DNA of 64,000 nt from Lingula anatina (lineage: Eukaryota; Animalia; Brachiopoda), in NCBI GenBank assembly GCA_051362555.1, contig CM120642.1:2046001-2110000 (forward strand), read 5' to 3'. The notes under the pieces were generated by a model that was given only the letters and a program-made list of their open reading frames with translations, searched no databases and was not told the DNA's origin. Position 1 is the stretch's first letter; each line of letters opens with the position of its first letter. This document shows positions 1 to 13,400 of this stretch, in pieces. A program made the position numbers and the translations under genes.

Positions 1-96
1 GAATTTGGCTTGCTTATAGATCAGTACCCCTCCTTCCTGTCACGAGAGTTTGAGCACACATAGACAAAATTTTAATTCAATAACCATTCATTTCAG

Positions 97-248
97 TACA
101 AGGGACATGTGTGGGTCTGCCAGCTGGGGACATCACTTTGAATTTTGCCGTGTCTCATTGTTCCTCATACAGTGGGGAGGACGCCTGCACTGGCTGGGGA
201 ACTGCAAGCAACATGATGGCAGAAGAAATTTTCCTGGACACTTACTAA
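97..248 (+). CDS. Terminal coding exon of a CTHRC1-like (collagen triple helix repeat containing 1, C-terminal domain) gene; upstream exons lie outside the window
   Basis: Acceptor tttcag ends at 96. Phase-1 reading gives (V)QGTCVGLPAGDITLNFAVSHCSSYSGEDACTGWGTASNMMAEEIFLDTY*, stop TAA 246-248. This aligns with the CTHRC1 C-terminus [44 protein letters not shown] (GxCxG.xAG, C..Y...DAxTGW, EE). This frame is absent from the ORF track. Confidence 0.8.
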
Positions 249-1528
249 GATATTCGACTGTACCATGAAATACGTTGAACATCGGAACCTTTGGGTCTCT
301 GTGAACGAGTATTAATTTGCATTACTTTTTTGTTTTCGTGTGCTGCTGTGCGTGACGCTGGAGCAGGTGTGGACTGGCAGTAGAATTAATGACCTTGGCG
401 TTTTTGATTGTTTACAGTATTTTGTTACTCAGCTTCTGTCTGTTCCTATAATTTTATTAAGTCGAGAGTACATTTGCCATGCCATATCCGTACGGTGCAC
501 GTATATACTGCCCGTAAATCCCTTTTCGTGCCGCGTAGCCGTGCGAAATCGTACGCATTTACAGTCTCCGTAGCCTCTTCGATTTTGCCAAGCTAGTTTT
601 TGACAAATTTTGAAAATCGTAAACCCGAGGGCCGTAGCACTATCGAGACGGCATTGCGCAGTTCCGGTATGGGTATTGTTCGGTGGACTTGCGGTGACCG
701 TGGTGATGGCTGAACATGTTGTTGGTCACTTTCCCTTCCGCCTTTGGTGATTTAAGGAAGCATAACAATAATAAAAAAAACTTGGTGTAATGCACTTTCA
801 CGAATTTAAAGTTGTGCGTTTCCCCATTCCAACCACATTGGTGCTAAATATCGTAGGGATCTCGTCCGACAACGTATCGATCTTCAAGGAAGCCCCACCG
901 AAGGCGTACAGCAACTGCACTGGGACTTAAAGGTCGCTTTTCAACCCACAAACCGAGTTTTCCTTTCGTGACTTCAAGGTCATGTTGCCCAAATAGCACG
1001 GGTCGTTACGTACACATAGCGCGTAGTCATTTAAGATGTCTAAAACAGTCGTATACGATTTCATCCGTGGCAAGTGTTATCTAGGCTTTAATTGATGTAC
1101 ATGTAACTGTATAGCTATCAATTGACTTCATTAATATGCATTTCGTATTTATGTCTGGCAAGGGGGTTCGATACGAAAATTTCCTTATCTGCTTAGGAAA
1201 TGCAGAAATGAACTATCTCATCAAAAACCCATGTGAATTTGCAAATTCGAGCTGATGACATCACGGCAGCAATTTTGGGAAGAAAACTAATTTTGATTTC
1301 AAGCAGATCCATTTCATTTGAACATGTATCAAAACCATTTAAAGCCTATTTAATTCTACAAATAAGTAGTAAAATCCAGTACCAGGAAGTTTTCTTGAAA
1401 TGCTTGCTTCAGATTTTATCAATTATAGAAGTCATATCTCTTAAACAATATATATATGGTAAACCGATCAGCATCTGACACGAATTGACAAAGTAGGAAA
1501 ATTTACGATAAACGCTTGGCCTCTTTGG

Positions 1529-1742
1529 CTCTATTCCCATAGATTTTAGATCGATCTATCCCCGCGGGGAGTCTCACTAGATTATTTTCAGATAATCCGA
1601 CTTAAATGTCCGTCCCGCCTACTACAAGCTGTAAGGGGATAATTAACCTTCGTGTCCGCCCGGCTGACAGCTATTTAGCGTGAACCCCCAGGGAGTTAGG
1701 TCGATCTAAAGTAGGTCGATCTAATCTATGGAAATGGGGTGT
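1529..1742. mobile_element. Hairpin MITE, family A, copy 1
   Basis: Ends (ttcccatagattttagatcgatcta ... taggtcgatctaatctatggaaatggggtgt) are imperfect inverted repeats. The interior is strongly similar to 11731-11960. Confidence 0.75.
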
Positions 1743-4444
1743 TTGTGTGAAGTAAGTGAGGGGGGGGGGGGGGCGAAAAAAAAAGATTTTTTGCTATAAA
1801 TTAATTTACTTTTATTGCAGTAATATAATTATTTTACATAGAGGAAAAGGGGAAAGAACTATTTTGTCAAATGTAGGCCTTAATAACGTGTCGAACCCCC
1901 TTAATTGTGCAAAATGTGTTTTATTTTAATTTTGAACTAATTTTTTAAACAGGAATCTGTAATAACAAAATACTTTAATATATTTATTTTTATGTTAATT
2001 TTTAAACACTATAAAGGGAAACTTGGACTCATCCGCTCAACGCGTAAAAGATTATTGACGAAAAATGCATTTAAACACTTGGATCGTTGAGCTGAATTTA
2101 TGTGAAATTGCATGCTTATTTTCTTTGAACACTTAGTTAAATGATAATTGCGATAGGTATTTGGTCAAGGCAAGCTACCAAGGCGGTGGGGATGGGGGGG
2201 CTACACCCGAGAATGAAGCTACATTAGTAGAGTGTATCCAGCCTCACAAGAGAAATCACTCGACCCCCCCCCCCCCAATTGTCCTTTGCTCTAATAGAAC
2301 AATATTTTATCAAACTGGCAAATCATTTTAGATGTCTTACACAATTTTTGAATAAAGATGTAGACTTTGCGAGTGTTGAGTCTCTCTCTTTATTATTATT
2401 ATAATTATTTTGCAAATTGCAACGCTCATTTATTTGTTATGTCAGATCTCGTGCAGAAAGTTCAGGTCTAAAAGTGGCATTTACTGAAAAAAAAAAACTC
2501 AACAACAATTAATATCGTACTGTATTTATATTTTCATAAAATTTGCCCAGATCTACTTTTTTTTGCTATGCCAGCTGTACCAATGAACTATATGTATATA
2601 GAAAACAATAGAATCCACAAGTGATATTACCAGTGCGGTGAGTTATAACGAAACTTCACATTTTACCCATTTCACAAGTAAAACAATGATTTTTCACTCA
2701 GTAATATTTCCACCAATGGGAACTTGGGCACATACCTTGACGATTTTAATCATAATCCAACATATAAGCAAAATATGCACTAGGAGTCACTTTAAATGAT
2801 AATGCCCCTCATTATATCACCTAATTACAAAGCCTGGAATTATTAGATCTGCATAAAATTCTATACTGTTGAGCTTTTTCGATCAAAAGGATGCAATAAC
2901 TATCAATAGTTTATGCTTTATTTTTTCAAAGGGAAAAAAAAAACTTTAAAAATGAGCATATACTTTAACTAAACTGCTGCATGGCTCCATGCATGATGGC
3001 CAATGATCTAAATAATGAGGGACAGCAACAAGGTCATGTTTCAAAACCAGAAGCTTCTTATTGCTATCTAACCAAAAGTTAACATAAGTAATCTCATAAC
3101 TGCACTCTATAATCTTTGAATTTTTTTAAAGAAAACACATCCTGTTGATGTTAACTAAGATATTCATTGGCAGAAGACACATTTTGCAATAAGTAAAGAA
3201 TGTAAGGAAACCCACCACTTTTTTTGCTATGTTGTAAACTGAAACCTTCTGCATTGCCCATGAAAATGGTAGTAAAATCAGGTAACAGTCAGTGTCCTCT
3301 GGGCTGAGAGGGATACTGCATTAACCTGGCACGAGGGAGATTCTGATATTTCTTATAACGAATAATACCCGTTAAGATGAGTTTCTTTTTCTATCTAAGG
3401 ACATTGTACTTAACACAGAAAGAATACATGTAAATGCTAACTTATGAATACTTGATCCTCGTTTTATTTTTTTAATGACTTTCAATATTTCAGTGGCATG
3501 GCTAAACAGAAATGATATACTTACCATACGTGATTCAAATTTTTCATATTTTTTGACAGAAATCATTTTAATCCAATCTTAATTATGAACATGCTGACTG
3601 AAAATGGGTGCATACAATTATTTCATAAAACCGTCAATAAAAACATTACAACATATAAAACATACCTAATATGACGGGCCACATGAGATCAGCTTTCTTG
3701 ACACTTTAATAATAATTGTTTAAACTGCTACTCCACTTGAAACATTTAATATAAAAATTCTACATCTTTCCCTTTACATACAGACGTTCAGCTTCACTTT
3801 CAATTGTGTCTCATTGTTCTAGATACTAACTTACAATCACAAAATTTCTAATAACACTTTCATAAGGTTATTTAATGAGGTTAAAAGCATCTTTACTTTT
3901 CATTACATTTTGTGGTTTGGCAGCTTTGATTCTAAAAAATGTTGTCTGTTGTTAAATGCATCTTTTGCTTTTTTTCCCCATTATTTGGTTTTAGTAGCTC
4001 TGCTAAAAATGCAATCTGCTGATAAACACATCTTACAGTTTTAATCGCTTATCTGGTTTTGGCAGCTTTGATCAAAATGTCATCAACATGAGAATTTTCT
4101 GTCTTCTTCAAATTAATTCTCGAGGAAGAAACCCCTGTGAGTAATCCATTACAACTTCCTTCTGTGACCATGTCTCTCAATACTACATCTTCCTTTACTG
4201 TCTGTGTCTCTTGTACTTCCTACAAGATTACTCACCATAACAACTTTGATCCAATACTGCCCACACAGGACAAATTATTTGGTGATGAACTGCAATCAAT
4301 GCTGCACTATATCACTATGACTGAAAGCATGACATATTTCACTTCTCAGAAACCAATTCCAGAGCATTTCCTTTTGCCAAGAACCCCGATGGCAGGATGT
4401 GGCACATTTCTGAGTTTTCTCTTTTGAACCCAACTCATTGTGAG

Positions 4445-7400
4445 TTAAAAACTCTCCACAAAGCTTCCTGGGAACAATCCAGTCTTTCCTGTCCTTGCGA
4501 GAGTCCCCTTGAACCACCCGTCTTCACGTTTTTTATGCACATAAACTATATCCCCTATTTTCAGTTCCAGCTCAATGTCACTCTGGGGAGGGTATGGCAC
4601 AATACAGCGAAATCTGAAAGGATAAGATTATTACAAAGTCTCCTGGGAAAAAAATTGTTGATACACTGTGGTGTTAAACAGTTCAATGCATTGCTCTGAC
4701 CTAAATTTAAGTATAAACTTTTATTTGTGAGAACTCCTTTGATTCATAATCCATTTTTCTAAAATTTGCCTTGTAAAATTAATTATATTTGATTTTTTGA
4801 CATTAATAAGCAACCTTTTATAACTGAATTTAATGAAAGTTTTGCGCCTCATTTATAGTTGGAATCATTATATCAACATAACACTAATAAAAACTGAAGT
4901 AACACAAGAGCTTTAACACCTCAAAATCTCAAAGCCCATTCCTCCAACCTGACACGAGATTGGGAGTCAGCAGTGCCAGCTGACAAAATGAAAGTTTTTT
5001 TTTCTTCTTGTTTACTGATCGGAGACTAACTTCTACACACCTTTCTCTGATCAGAGGCTTTGGCTTGCCAGGTTTGGGAGTGGGTGCCGTGGAAGAATCA
5101 AGGGACCCAGTTTTCTTATGGTGCACCACTGCTGGGGGTGGTGCCACAGCGCCCTCTTCACTAGGTAGGGAACCACTTCGAGAATGACCCCCAGACGCAC
5201 CCTCCTGGCATGTGGCGGCCTCTGGTGTCTCTTGAGCAGACTTGGACTTTTTACCCTTGCTACTGCTTGTCAGCCTTTTCATCAGACTCATTTTTTCTTT
5301 CTCTTTCTTCTGAAAATATCGATTAAAAGGGAAACTTATTAATTGTCCAACTATCTCCAAAAGAATGACATTTTCTAATTAAAAAATATTCAATTTGTTC
5401 ACATTTTTCATATTTGGATTATTGGTCTTTTTTTAGCTAATTTTATTTTTTCATTCCATTATTAAATCACAATAAAATGTACAAAGTTTAAAAATCCATG
5501 TACACTTTCAATGAGTATCTCCCTCCACTTTCTTCATATTCTCATTGGCTGCACAAGAGTGTAATGAGTTTCCCCCAAAAACCAATTTGACGTGTAAGAC
5601 TTTTATAGACCCCAGCCGATTTTCACATCACAACCCAACCTATAGTAATGACTCAATCTTTTTAAAGGGGAAAATTGTGAAAGTTACTAATAATGTATTT
5701 TTATGTAATAAATTCTATACAAAGAACATTCCTGTTGAGTAGTAGCAGCACAATTGAAACACAGACTACCGTATAGTACTATTCTATACAGTTCAAGCAC
5801 CACAAATGCTACATAAAAAATTATATTTTTGGAAAGTTTTTTTTTCATTGAAAAGAGCAAGTCATCACCATAACTTACACCCACACCATTAAAAAGAGTG
5901 CCCCCCCCCCCCCCCACTTTACCTTCTCCTTCTCTTTGGCAGCCCCAGATCCCAGCATGGGTTCCAGTGCTCCTGAAGCCCCCACCACCACATTGGGTGG
6001 GGTAATATTACTACTGGTAGACATGGAATGTTGAATAGCTGCTACAGTCTGCTGGGAGGACAAGGCAGAAGCTGCAGACCCCGACGTGGAAGGCTGCTTT
6101 GGTGACGGTGGGGAGGTCTGGCTCACTGTCCTTGGGGGCACAGGAAGGGGGAAATCAGTCTTGGCAGATGTAGCACCACTACTTGTACTCTTTGGACTAC
6201 TGGGTTCACTGCCCCCGCCGGCACCCCTAGCTTGCTGTGCCCTAGCTGCCTGGGCCATAGCCACAGTGATGGGTTGGTGAGGGGGCCTGGGAGGGGGTGC
6301 GGAGCCAGCAGAGTTGGGCCTGGTGACCATGTAATCCATGCTGGCCGCCAGGGCAGTGGCCGGGGACTGGGAGGACTGGACAGTGCCTCCACCTGGTGAC
6401 CCCTGTCCAGTGGCACGGATATTGAGGACATTGGCGGAGGTTCTCTGGGGAGACCTGGTGGTGGTCAGCTGGGGGGTCCTGGAATGGAAGAGTGGATTAT
6501 CACTGATAGGCTTTTATTTATTTTATTTTTCATTTATTTTAACCAGAACACTTCTTAACAAATAATACTTACTTTGAAGCTGTTCTTCTACAAAAGATGT
6601 ATTGTTTTTGGCAGTTTAAATTATTAAGACAATTTTTCAACAATGTGTTAATATCTTCAGGAGGCAAAATGTCTTTCAAACATTGTAGATTTTCTGAATA
6701 CAAATGTTTTTATGCCACAGCACCCATTTGCAATAATGTCAGGAGAAAATACATCGACAACAGCAAAATTAAATGCCCAAGTTTAAATTTCTGAGAAGCA
6801 TGGATTCACAGAAAATTTTGAACTACATCTGGTGCACTTCACTCACTTGACAAGTTGGACATAGTTTCCAGGGAAGACCCCCACTTTCCCAGTCTTAAAA
6901 CATCGTCCCTTAAACCAGCCGTCCTGGCACTTCTCAGCCACTGAGTAGTAATCTCCTTTATGAAGCTCCACCTCATCCTCTTTCTGTGGTTTGTAGTGAT
7001 AGAGGGCAATGTATCTGGAATTAGATGATGAAATTGTTATAATAATATACATCTCTTCATAGGATGATATATCACTACAGAGAGGACAACATATCTCTCT
7101 GGACAATATGACATTTCTCCAAGAAGAACATATTCCTATCTCACTAGAAAGGATCTTATTTGATTCAGGGCAGGATAAAGTTAACCTCCAGGTCCTTCTG
7201 AAACCCTTTTTGTTACATCACAATTATAAGGTTTCCACTAATTCACATCAATTTGGAAAATACTGATCTTTTATTTAAAAGTTATTTTCATTTGCTCAAA
7301 CTGCTGAAAGAATTTTTCTAAAAAAGAATAAAGATGAGGAGCATACTCACATGGCAGGAGAGACTGGCTGGACATGGCGCACAGACGGAGGTGACTGGTT

Positions 7401-10400
7401 CAGCTGAAGAAACAACAACCATGGTACATTTATTTGGGTTAACTTTGTACACCTGTCCAGGGGTTTTCTCTTTCATAGGCCTCGGTATTTCATGGAGAGT
7501 TTTTATTTCAGATATAAGATACATTTATGCACTTGGAAAAAGTGTTCAAAAAGAGATATTCAAAGTCATAGGAATTTATGCACCTGCATTTTTCACCATT
7601 TTAAACATAAGACACATTCAAATTTAAATAAATGTAACTGTGGGTCTCTCTGTACAGTTAGAATATACAACAGAAAAGTTTAACCATGCCTCTGACATTC
7701 AAATGCCTAGTCAGTTAATGCTGCTGTATAACAATGCATTGTAATCTGAGAATCAGTTCAATGCCGAAAATCAATTCAATGCGGTTTATTTTCAAATATA
7801 ACTTAGATGTCTGTGGCACAGCAAAAAACCTCTTTTCAACTGGGCAAATCACATGGGGGATTACTATCACAGAATGTGACTATGAATGTGCTGCCTTACC
7901 CCTGATGCAGTATTAGCTGTACTAGCCACGGGGGCAGGAGAAGTATTGGGACTGGCAGTAAAGTTCACATTGCCTGCTATCTCCATGGAGTGCCTATGCT
8001 GGGACTGAGGAGAGGAGCATTTCTGCCCTGTGCTACCCAGACCTGACAGGGAATGCCTTTTCTGGAACATACACAAACCAGTCAGTTTGAGGAGAATATT
8101 TGGTTATCCATTTGTTGTGGTTTACAGTGAAAAGTTCAAAGCCACAATGACGACAACATAAACACTGGATCATGATGGTCTGGTTTATATGTATTAAAAC
8201 TACTTTCTGTGCTCCTTATCAATAACCATTACATTTCTTTATTTACAAAATAAATAAATAAATAAATATCAACTCACCTGAGATTTCGCTGCCAAAACCT
8301 TAGGGTTCTGTGGCTGTGGTCTAGGCAGTAAAGAAGGGCCTGGGTTGACCCCTGATCCTGTACTAGACCCTTGGCTAGGCCCTGCATTTGGCCCTGGACT
8401 AGGCCCTGCAGCAGGCCCTGGCACAGTGGGGGGCACTGGGCCATTGTCTCCACTACTGTGACCTGAACTGGTCTGGGGGGAGGTACCATTTGACTTCTGC
8501 TGAGCTGCAGACCTGTTAGACACAATTAAAAATTGTCTTTAAGTAGCAGTACTCTCAGTAAGACCTACAAACTGGAACATTTCATGTATTAATAAAAAAT
8601 TTACTTTGCTTGTCATTAGAATGGATTCAACGCCTCTAGTCCAAATTTCTGCTCATTAAAAAAAAGACATTTGATTTTTTAACTCTCATTTTAAAAATCT
8701 GCAAAATACTGCTCATTTGTCTGTAAATGTTTATGTACTTAAGTTGATTTCCTCTTGATAAATAACTACAAAGAAACGTGAATTACTTGCTTCCCATTAA
8801 ATCAACTAAATATTGAAACAAATCTTTCCCGATTTGAAATAAATAATGAAATGTTGTTTTTTCATCATTTTCAATGGTAACAGTACTTACCTAGAAGAAC
8901 TAACTAAAGTCTTAGCAGGATCATTTTCAATGGTAACAGTACTTACCCAGAAGAACTAACTAAAGTCTTAGCAGGATCATTCATCTGAAAAAATGGAAGG
9001 CAGCAATGAAGAGTATGGAAGTACTGAAATACATGATACACAGCATAAAATTCACTATGTACAACTGTCATTTTAAAACATGGGAGACACTGACCCTGGT
9101 AGTAACAGGAAACCTTTTTATCACTTATTATTAGTTTTAAAGCTGTGGCGCCTTTGGTTTTTATTAACAAGGCAGCAAAGACAGACATAAGGAAGAAAAT
9201 AATAATGCACAAAATGTGTCTGTACAAAGTACATAAAAGCATTTTCAATCCAAAAGCTGACACCTAAAAATGACCCCCCTGCTCAAAAATTCCCATATAG
9301 TCTCTTGATTTAATGGTGAGTACAGTGGAATTTTAGCGAGTGGCTGCAATCGAAAGTCTACTTCATAGATAAAGGCTGCGTTTACCAGTAATTACGTCGC
9401 GGGGTATTCAGGGTACAGACCATGATCACAAGATACCGCATATAGATTTTTAGATTTTTAGAAAAATAGATTTTTCATGTGAACGCAGCCAAAGTAAGGC
9501 TTGAACTTTTTTAAACAAAATCTATCAAAGTTGAGCATATTTTATACAGATCTGTACACTAACTGCACACTTTGAAAATTCTGCACTGATAAGTGTTATT
9601 TTGCTTGTACATTGTGTCAGGTCTAAAATATTTTTCATATCAAATCAAAAAATATGGAAAAGTTTCCCATAATTTATCTCATTTTCTTCCCTTTTTTTCC
9701 CCTATTTTTTCTAAGTGAATACAATACTGCACTGCACTGTACTTCAAGTCGCAGTGTACCTACCTCCACAAAGGAAATAGGAAATATCCCTATCCTGTCA
9801 CCCAGCTTTCCCTCCACCCAATTATTGTCCACACGTCTTATCACCGTGACAATCTCATCCTGGAAACAACAATGACACATTGGAAGCCTTCACAATTAGA
9901 CGCATTTAAAACTAGTTAAATTTTAATATTTAAACCAGAAATCGTGTTTCTGATGTCACTGGACAGACTTATTTCTAACTAAGGGATTTTGTTGTAAAGA
10001 TGGGGTGTAGACTTTTACAATACACAATAATTGTAATAAGTATGATTAAAAGTGACAGTTCTACAGCACTTCTTAAAATCGATTCCTTCAAATTCTAAAC
10101 ATGTAAAAATTAAAAAAAAAAAAAAAAAAAAGAGAAAAAAAGCATTTTCATACAATCAACAGCAGTTTTACCTTCCTGAAGGTGAGGCAGTCCTTTTCAT
10201 TTTCGTCATTAATTTCAAAGTCATACAGTGCCTTACACTGAGGCACAGTCGTAGGAAGGGGAGTGATAACCTGAAATGAAAGTTTATACTCAAAATTAAA
10301 AGAAATATGCAATAAACTTTAACAACAGATATTTTGTTTGCAAGATTATTAATGTAATGTAAGTTCTAGGAGTTCCAATAAGGCAAAGATTAGAATTTTA

Positions 10401-13400
10401 CTGTCTTCAACATAGAAGAACTCCAAGTCAATTGCACATGTTGTAATCAAACAGTGCAACACTATAGGCGGGACTTCAGACAGGAAAATTTGGTCTGCTT
10501 GCATTAACTGTAACTTCCTTGATGAGGAAAATGTCTTTGCAACTTCCTGTGTAGTTAAAACAGAAGTATGCAGAGACTCTAAGGGGCCATTCACAATGAG
10601 TCAGGCCACCACAGTTGGTATGCACCAACTGCACGGGGAGGCTGAATGCAATCACATTAATAGACAACAATCCTTGGTGAAGAAGTGACCAATCAAATAT
10701 GATGTTGCCTGAAATTCTCCCAAATGGGGATATAAAGCCTACTATGACTGGAGTGTTCAGTTTAAAACATACCAATCACAGCAAAGCAATTCTCAAATCA
10801 ATCAAGACAAGCTTTGTAAGGTTCGTGATACAGGGACCATTATCAGTAAACATACCACAGGTATAGAGGATGTGTGGAGTAAAAAGTACAGTTTCTGTCA
10901 ATTAATCACTGGTATATCAATGTTGGTATCCAGCGCCACATTAATCATATTTATTTAGTATATATATATTACATCAGTATATAGTATTCCCACCTGTACA
11001 TAACTGGCAGGGAAGAAGCCGTGCTGGTTGTTCAATTCCCCCTGAAACCAATTCTCATCCACTTTCTTCCTCAATAAAATCATGTCACCTTTCTTGAAGG
11101 TGAGGTCTCTGAAAAAAACAAAAAATCCAGTTAATGCAGGTTCCAGCTTGCAGTATTCACACAGGGTGGACTGAGACCCATTAAAAGCAGTTCTTTCTCT
11201 CCCATGTGCTCTTGGTAAAGCCATTAGTGTCAATCAGTGACTTCACTTTAGAAAATAACAGACGCAAGTCAACACTATTTCCCATCAGTTTCTCTAAATT
11301 ACAGATTTACCTTTCTGGTTAAAGGGGACTGGGAGACCCAACATTTCGCAATTCTTCTTAATGAGGTGATTTTTCAACATTTCCCAGGCTCCCAACGAAC
11401 ACATCAAATTTTTTGCCAAATGTGAAAGAAAATTCAGCTTAAGAAAATTTACTAGTAGGCCACTGAGTAATTTTCCTTGTTTTGCTTTGATTAGAAATGT
11501 TAAGAAATTCAATTTTGGATAATGTAAATTATGTAGAAGAATGCTTTAGACTTCTAAAAAGTATATTAAAAGGTTAAAGTTTGGTCGTGTCATCATTTGC
11601 TGATTAAAATCACAATATTATTCAAACATAAATATGTGGAAAAAGACAGAGCACATACTCTGGTCAAATAACAACACATAATAGATACTATGCAATAACA
11701 AATACAGTATTAGCTAGAAAGGAAAGCTTTACACCCCATTTCCATAGATTTTTAGATCGATCTATCCCTGTGGGGAGTCTCACTAGATTACTGTCAGCTT
11801 GGCCGGCTTAAGCATCTGTCCCGCCTACTAAAAGCTGTAAGGGGGTAATTAACTATGGTGCCCGCTCGGCTGACTGCAATTTAGCGTGAACCCCCAAGGA
11901 GTTAGGTCAATCTAAAACTTAATCTTTAGATCGATCTAAATCTCTGGGAAAGCACCCTTATTCAAGGCAAGAATCCAAATTCAGTTAATAAACACGTTAA
12001 AAGAAGGCAACACTGCTTGTTATAAGTACCAAGTTAAGTTATATCATATTAATTGGATTCCTCTTCTAGGTTTATAGACCAGTGTAGAACAGTGACCTAA
12101 AGGACAACATAGCTGATAAATCAAGCTTCAACCAATTACTTTTACTGCCACTAACCCCAGGTGTGGTTTAATACCATGATATCATCAGTTTTTACAATTA
12201 AATTATTGTATTAATAAATAAATTTATTCAGGTGGGAGGGGTGGGGGGGGGGGGAAGATAATAGTTAAATGCCACATATTCCTTCACTGATAACAGACAA
12301 CCAGGTTGCAATCAAGCTGCTTCCATGCACTAGATCAACACTTTTTTGTTTGAATGAGAACAAAGCTGTATTCACAAGGGGGCAATGCAATACCTTTTTA
12401 ATTCCATCTATAATCATTACCACATATCTCTAGTGGGGAAATTGACATGTCTTCAATTATTCAGAATACTAGCTATCAGGACACAGCTATTACTTAATAT
12501 AATAATATGGGAGATACAGACTATTAAGGAATACCTTCCCAAATCCTCCCTCCTTAAATGCAGCAAAATATACAGGTGCTTGAAAATAAAAAATAAGCTA
12601 AAACAACGCAAAAATCAATCCCATTTATTTCTGTATAATGCCAGACGAAGTATTGATCTGTTCCCCCATACATGAGGATGCAGCTAGTTACTGCACTCTA
12701 CCTTTTGTTCAATAATGTTTTTCTATGTCAATCCATGTCTCATCAGTGAGAGCAAGCAAGCAGTAAGACCTGTAACAGTTACTGGTATTGTATACACAGT
12801 GATTCATCCTTCTCCTCATGGGAAAGAAATAAAAGTGGTCGGAGTAGGACTTGCCTAATCTAATGTCAATGCGGTTGAGATCATTCAGTTTCCTTAAGGC
12901 CATGGAACTTTTTTGTAAACATGTCCCACACACTGATCTCAGAGGAAATTACTATGAAAACACCACAGGGAAACGGAAAGTGAAAGTCAGCAGTCTTAAA
13001 ATTGAATTTTAATTTCAAAATTAAAATACATAGATTAAAGAAAATTAAAGGAGGGATTTAAATATAGAAAAGAAGATAATTATCACTTAAATAATAATCA
13101 CTCCAATTCAATGGATTATAAATCTATGATAAATAGACCTCTGGATGGTGATACATAATATGACATTGCCTCGGGAGGGGGGGGGGGGGGGGGGAATATA
13201 GCTCAGAAAACATCCACTCCCTATATTAGAAAGAGTGCATTCTGAAATGTTTAAAAATATTAGCAAAGCAAATTGTGAGAGTCAGAGGGGACAGCTGCTT
13301 TGGAATAGAATTCATTTCAGGGAGTTCTAGAGCAGGCTAAGCAACAAGAGAGAGAAAGATCCTTTGATTATAATGTATTAACTGGGTGTGGCAGTTCAAC

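Noticed and set aside
470-680. CpG-rich Harbinger-like MITE remnant
   Set aside because: Suggestive composition only. No matching inverted termini were found.
12709-12933. Alternative first coding exon of SH3RF ([11 protein letters not shown]...)
   Set aside because: No GT donor in a phase compatible with exon 3, and no recognisable homology.
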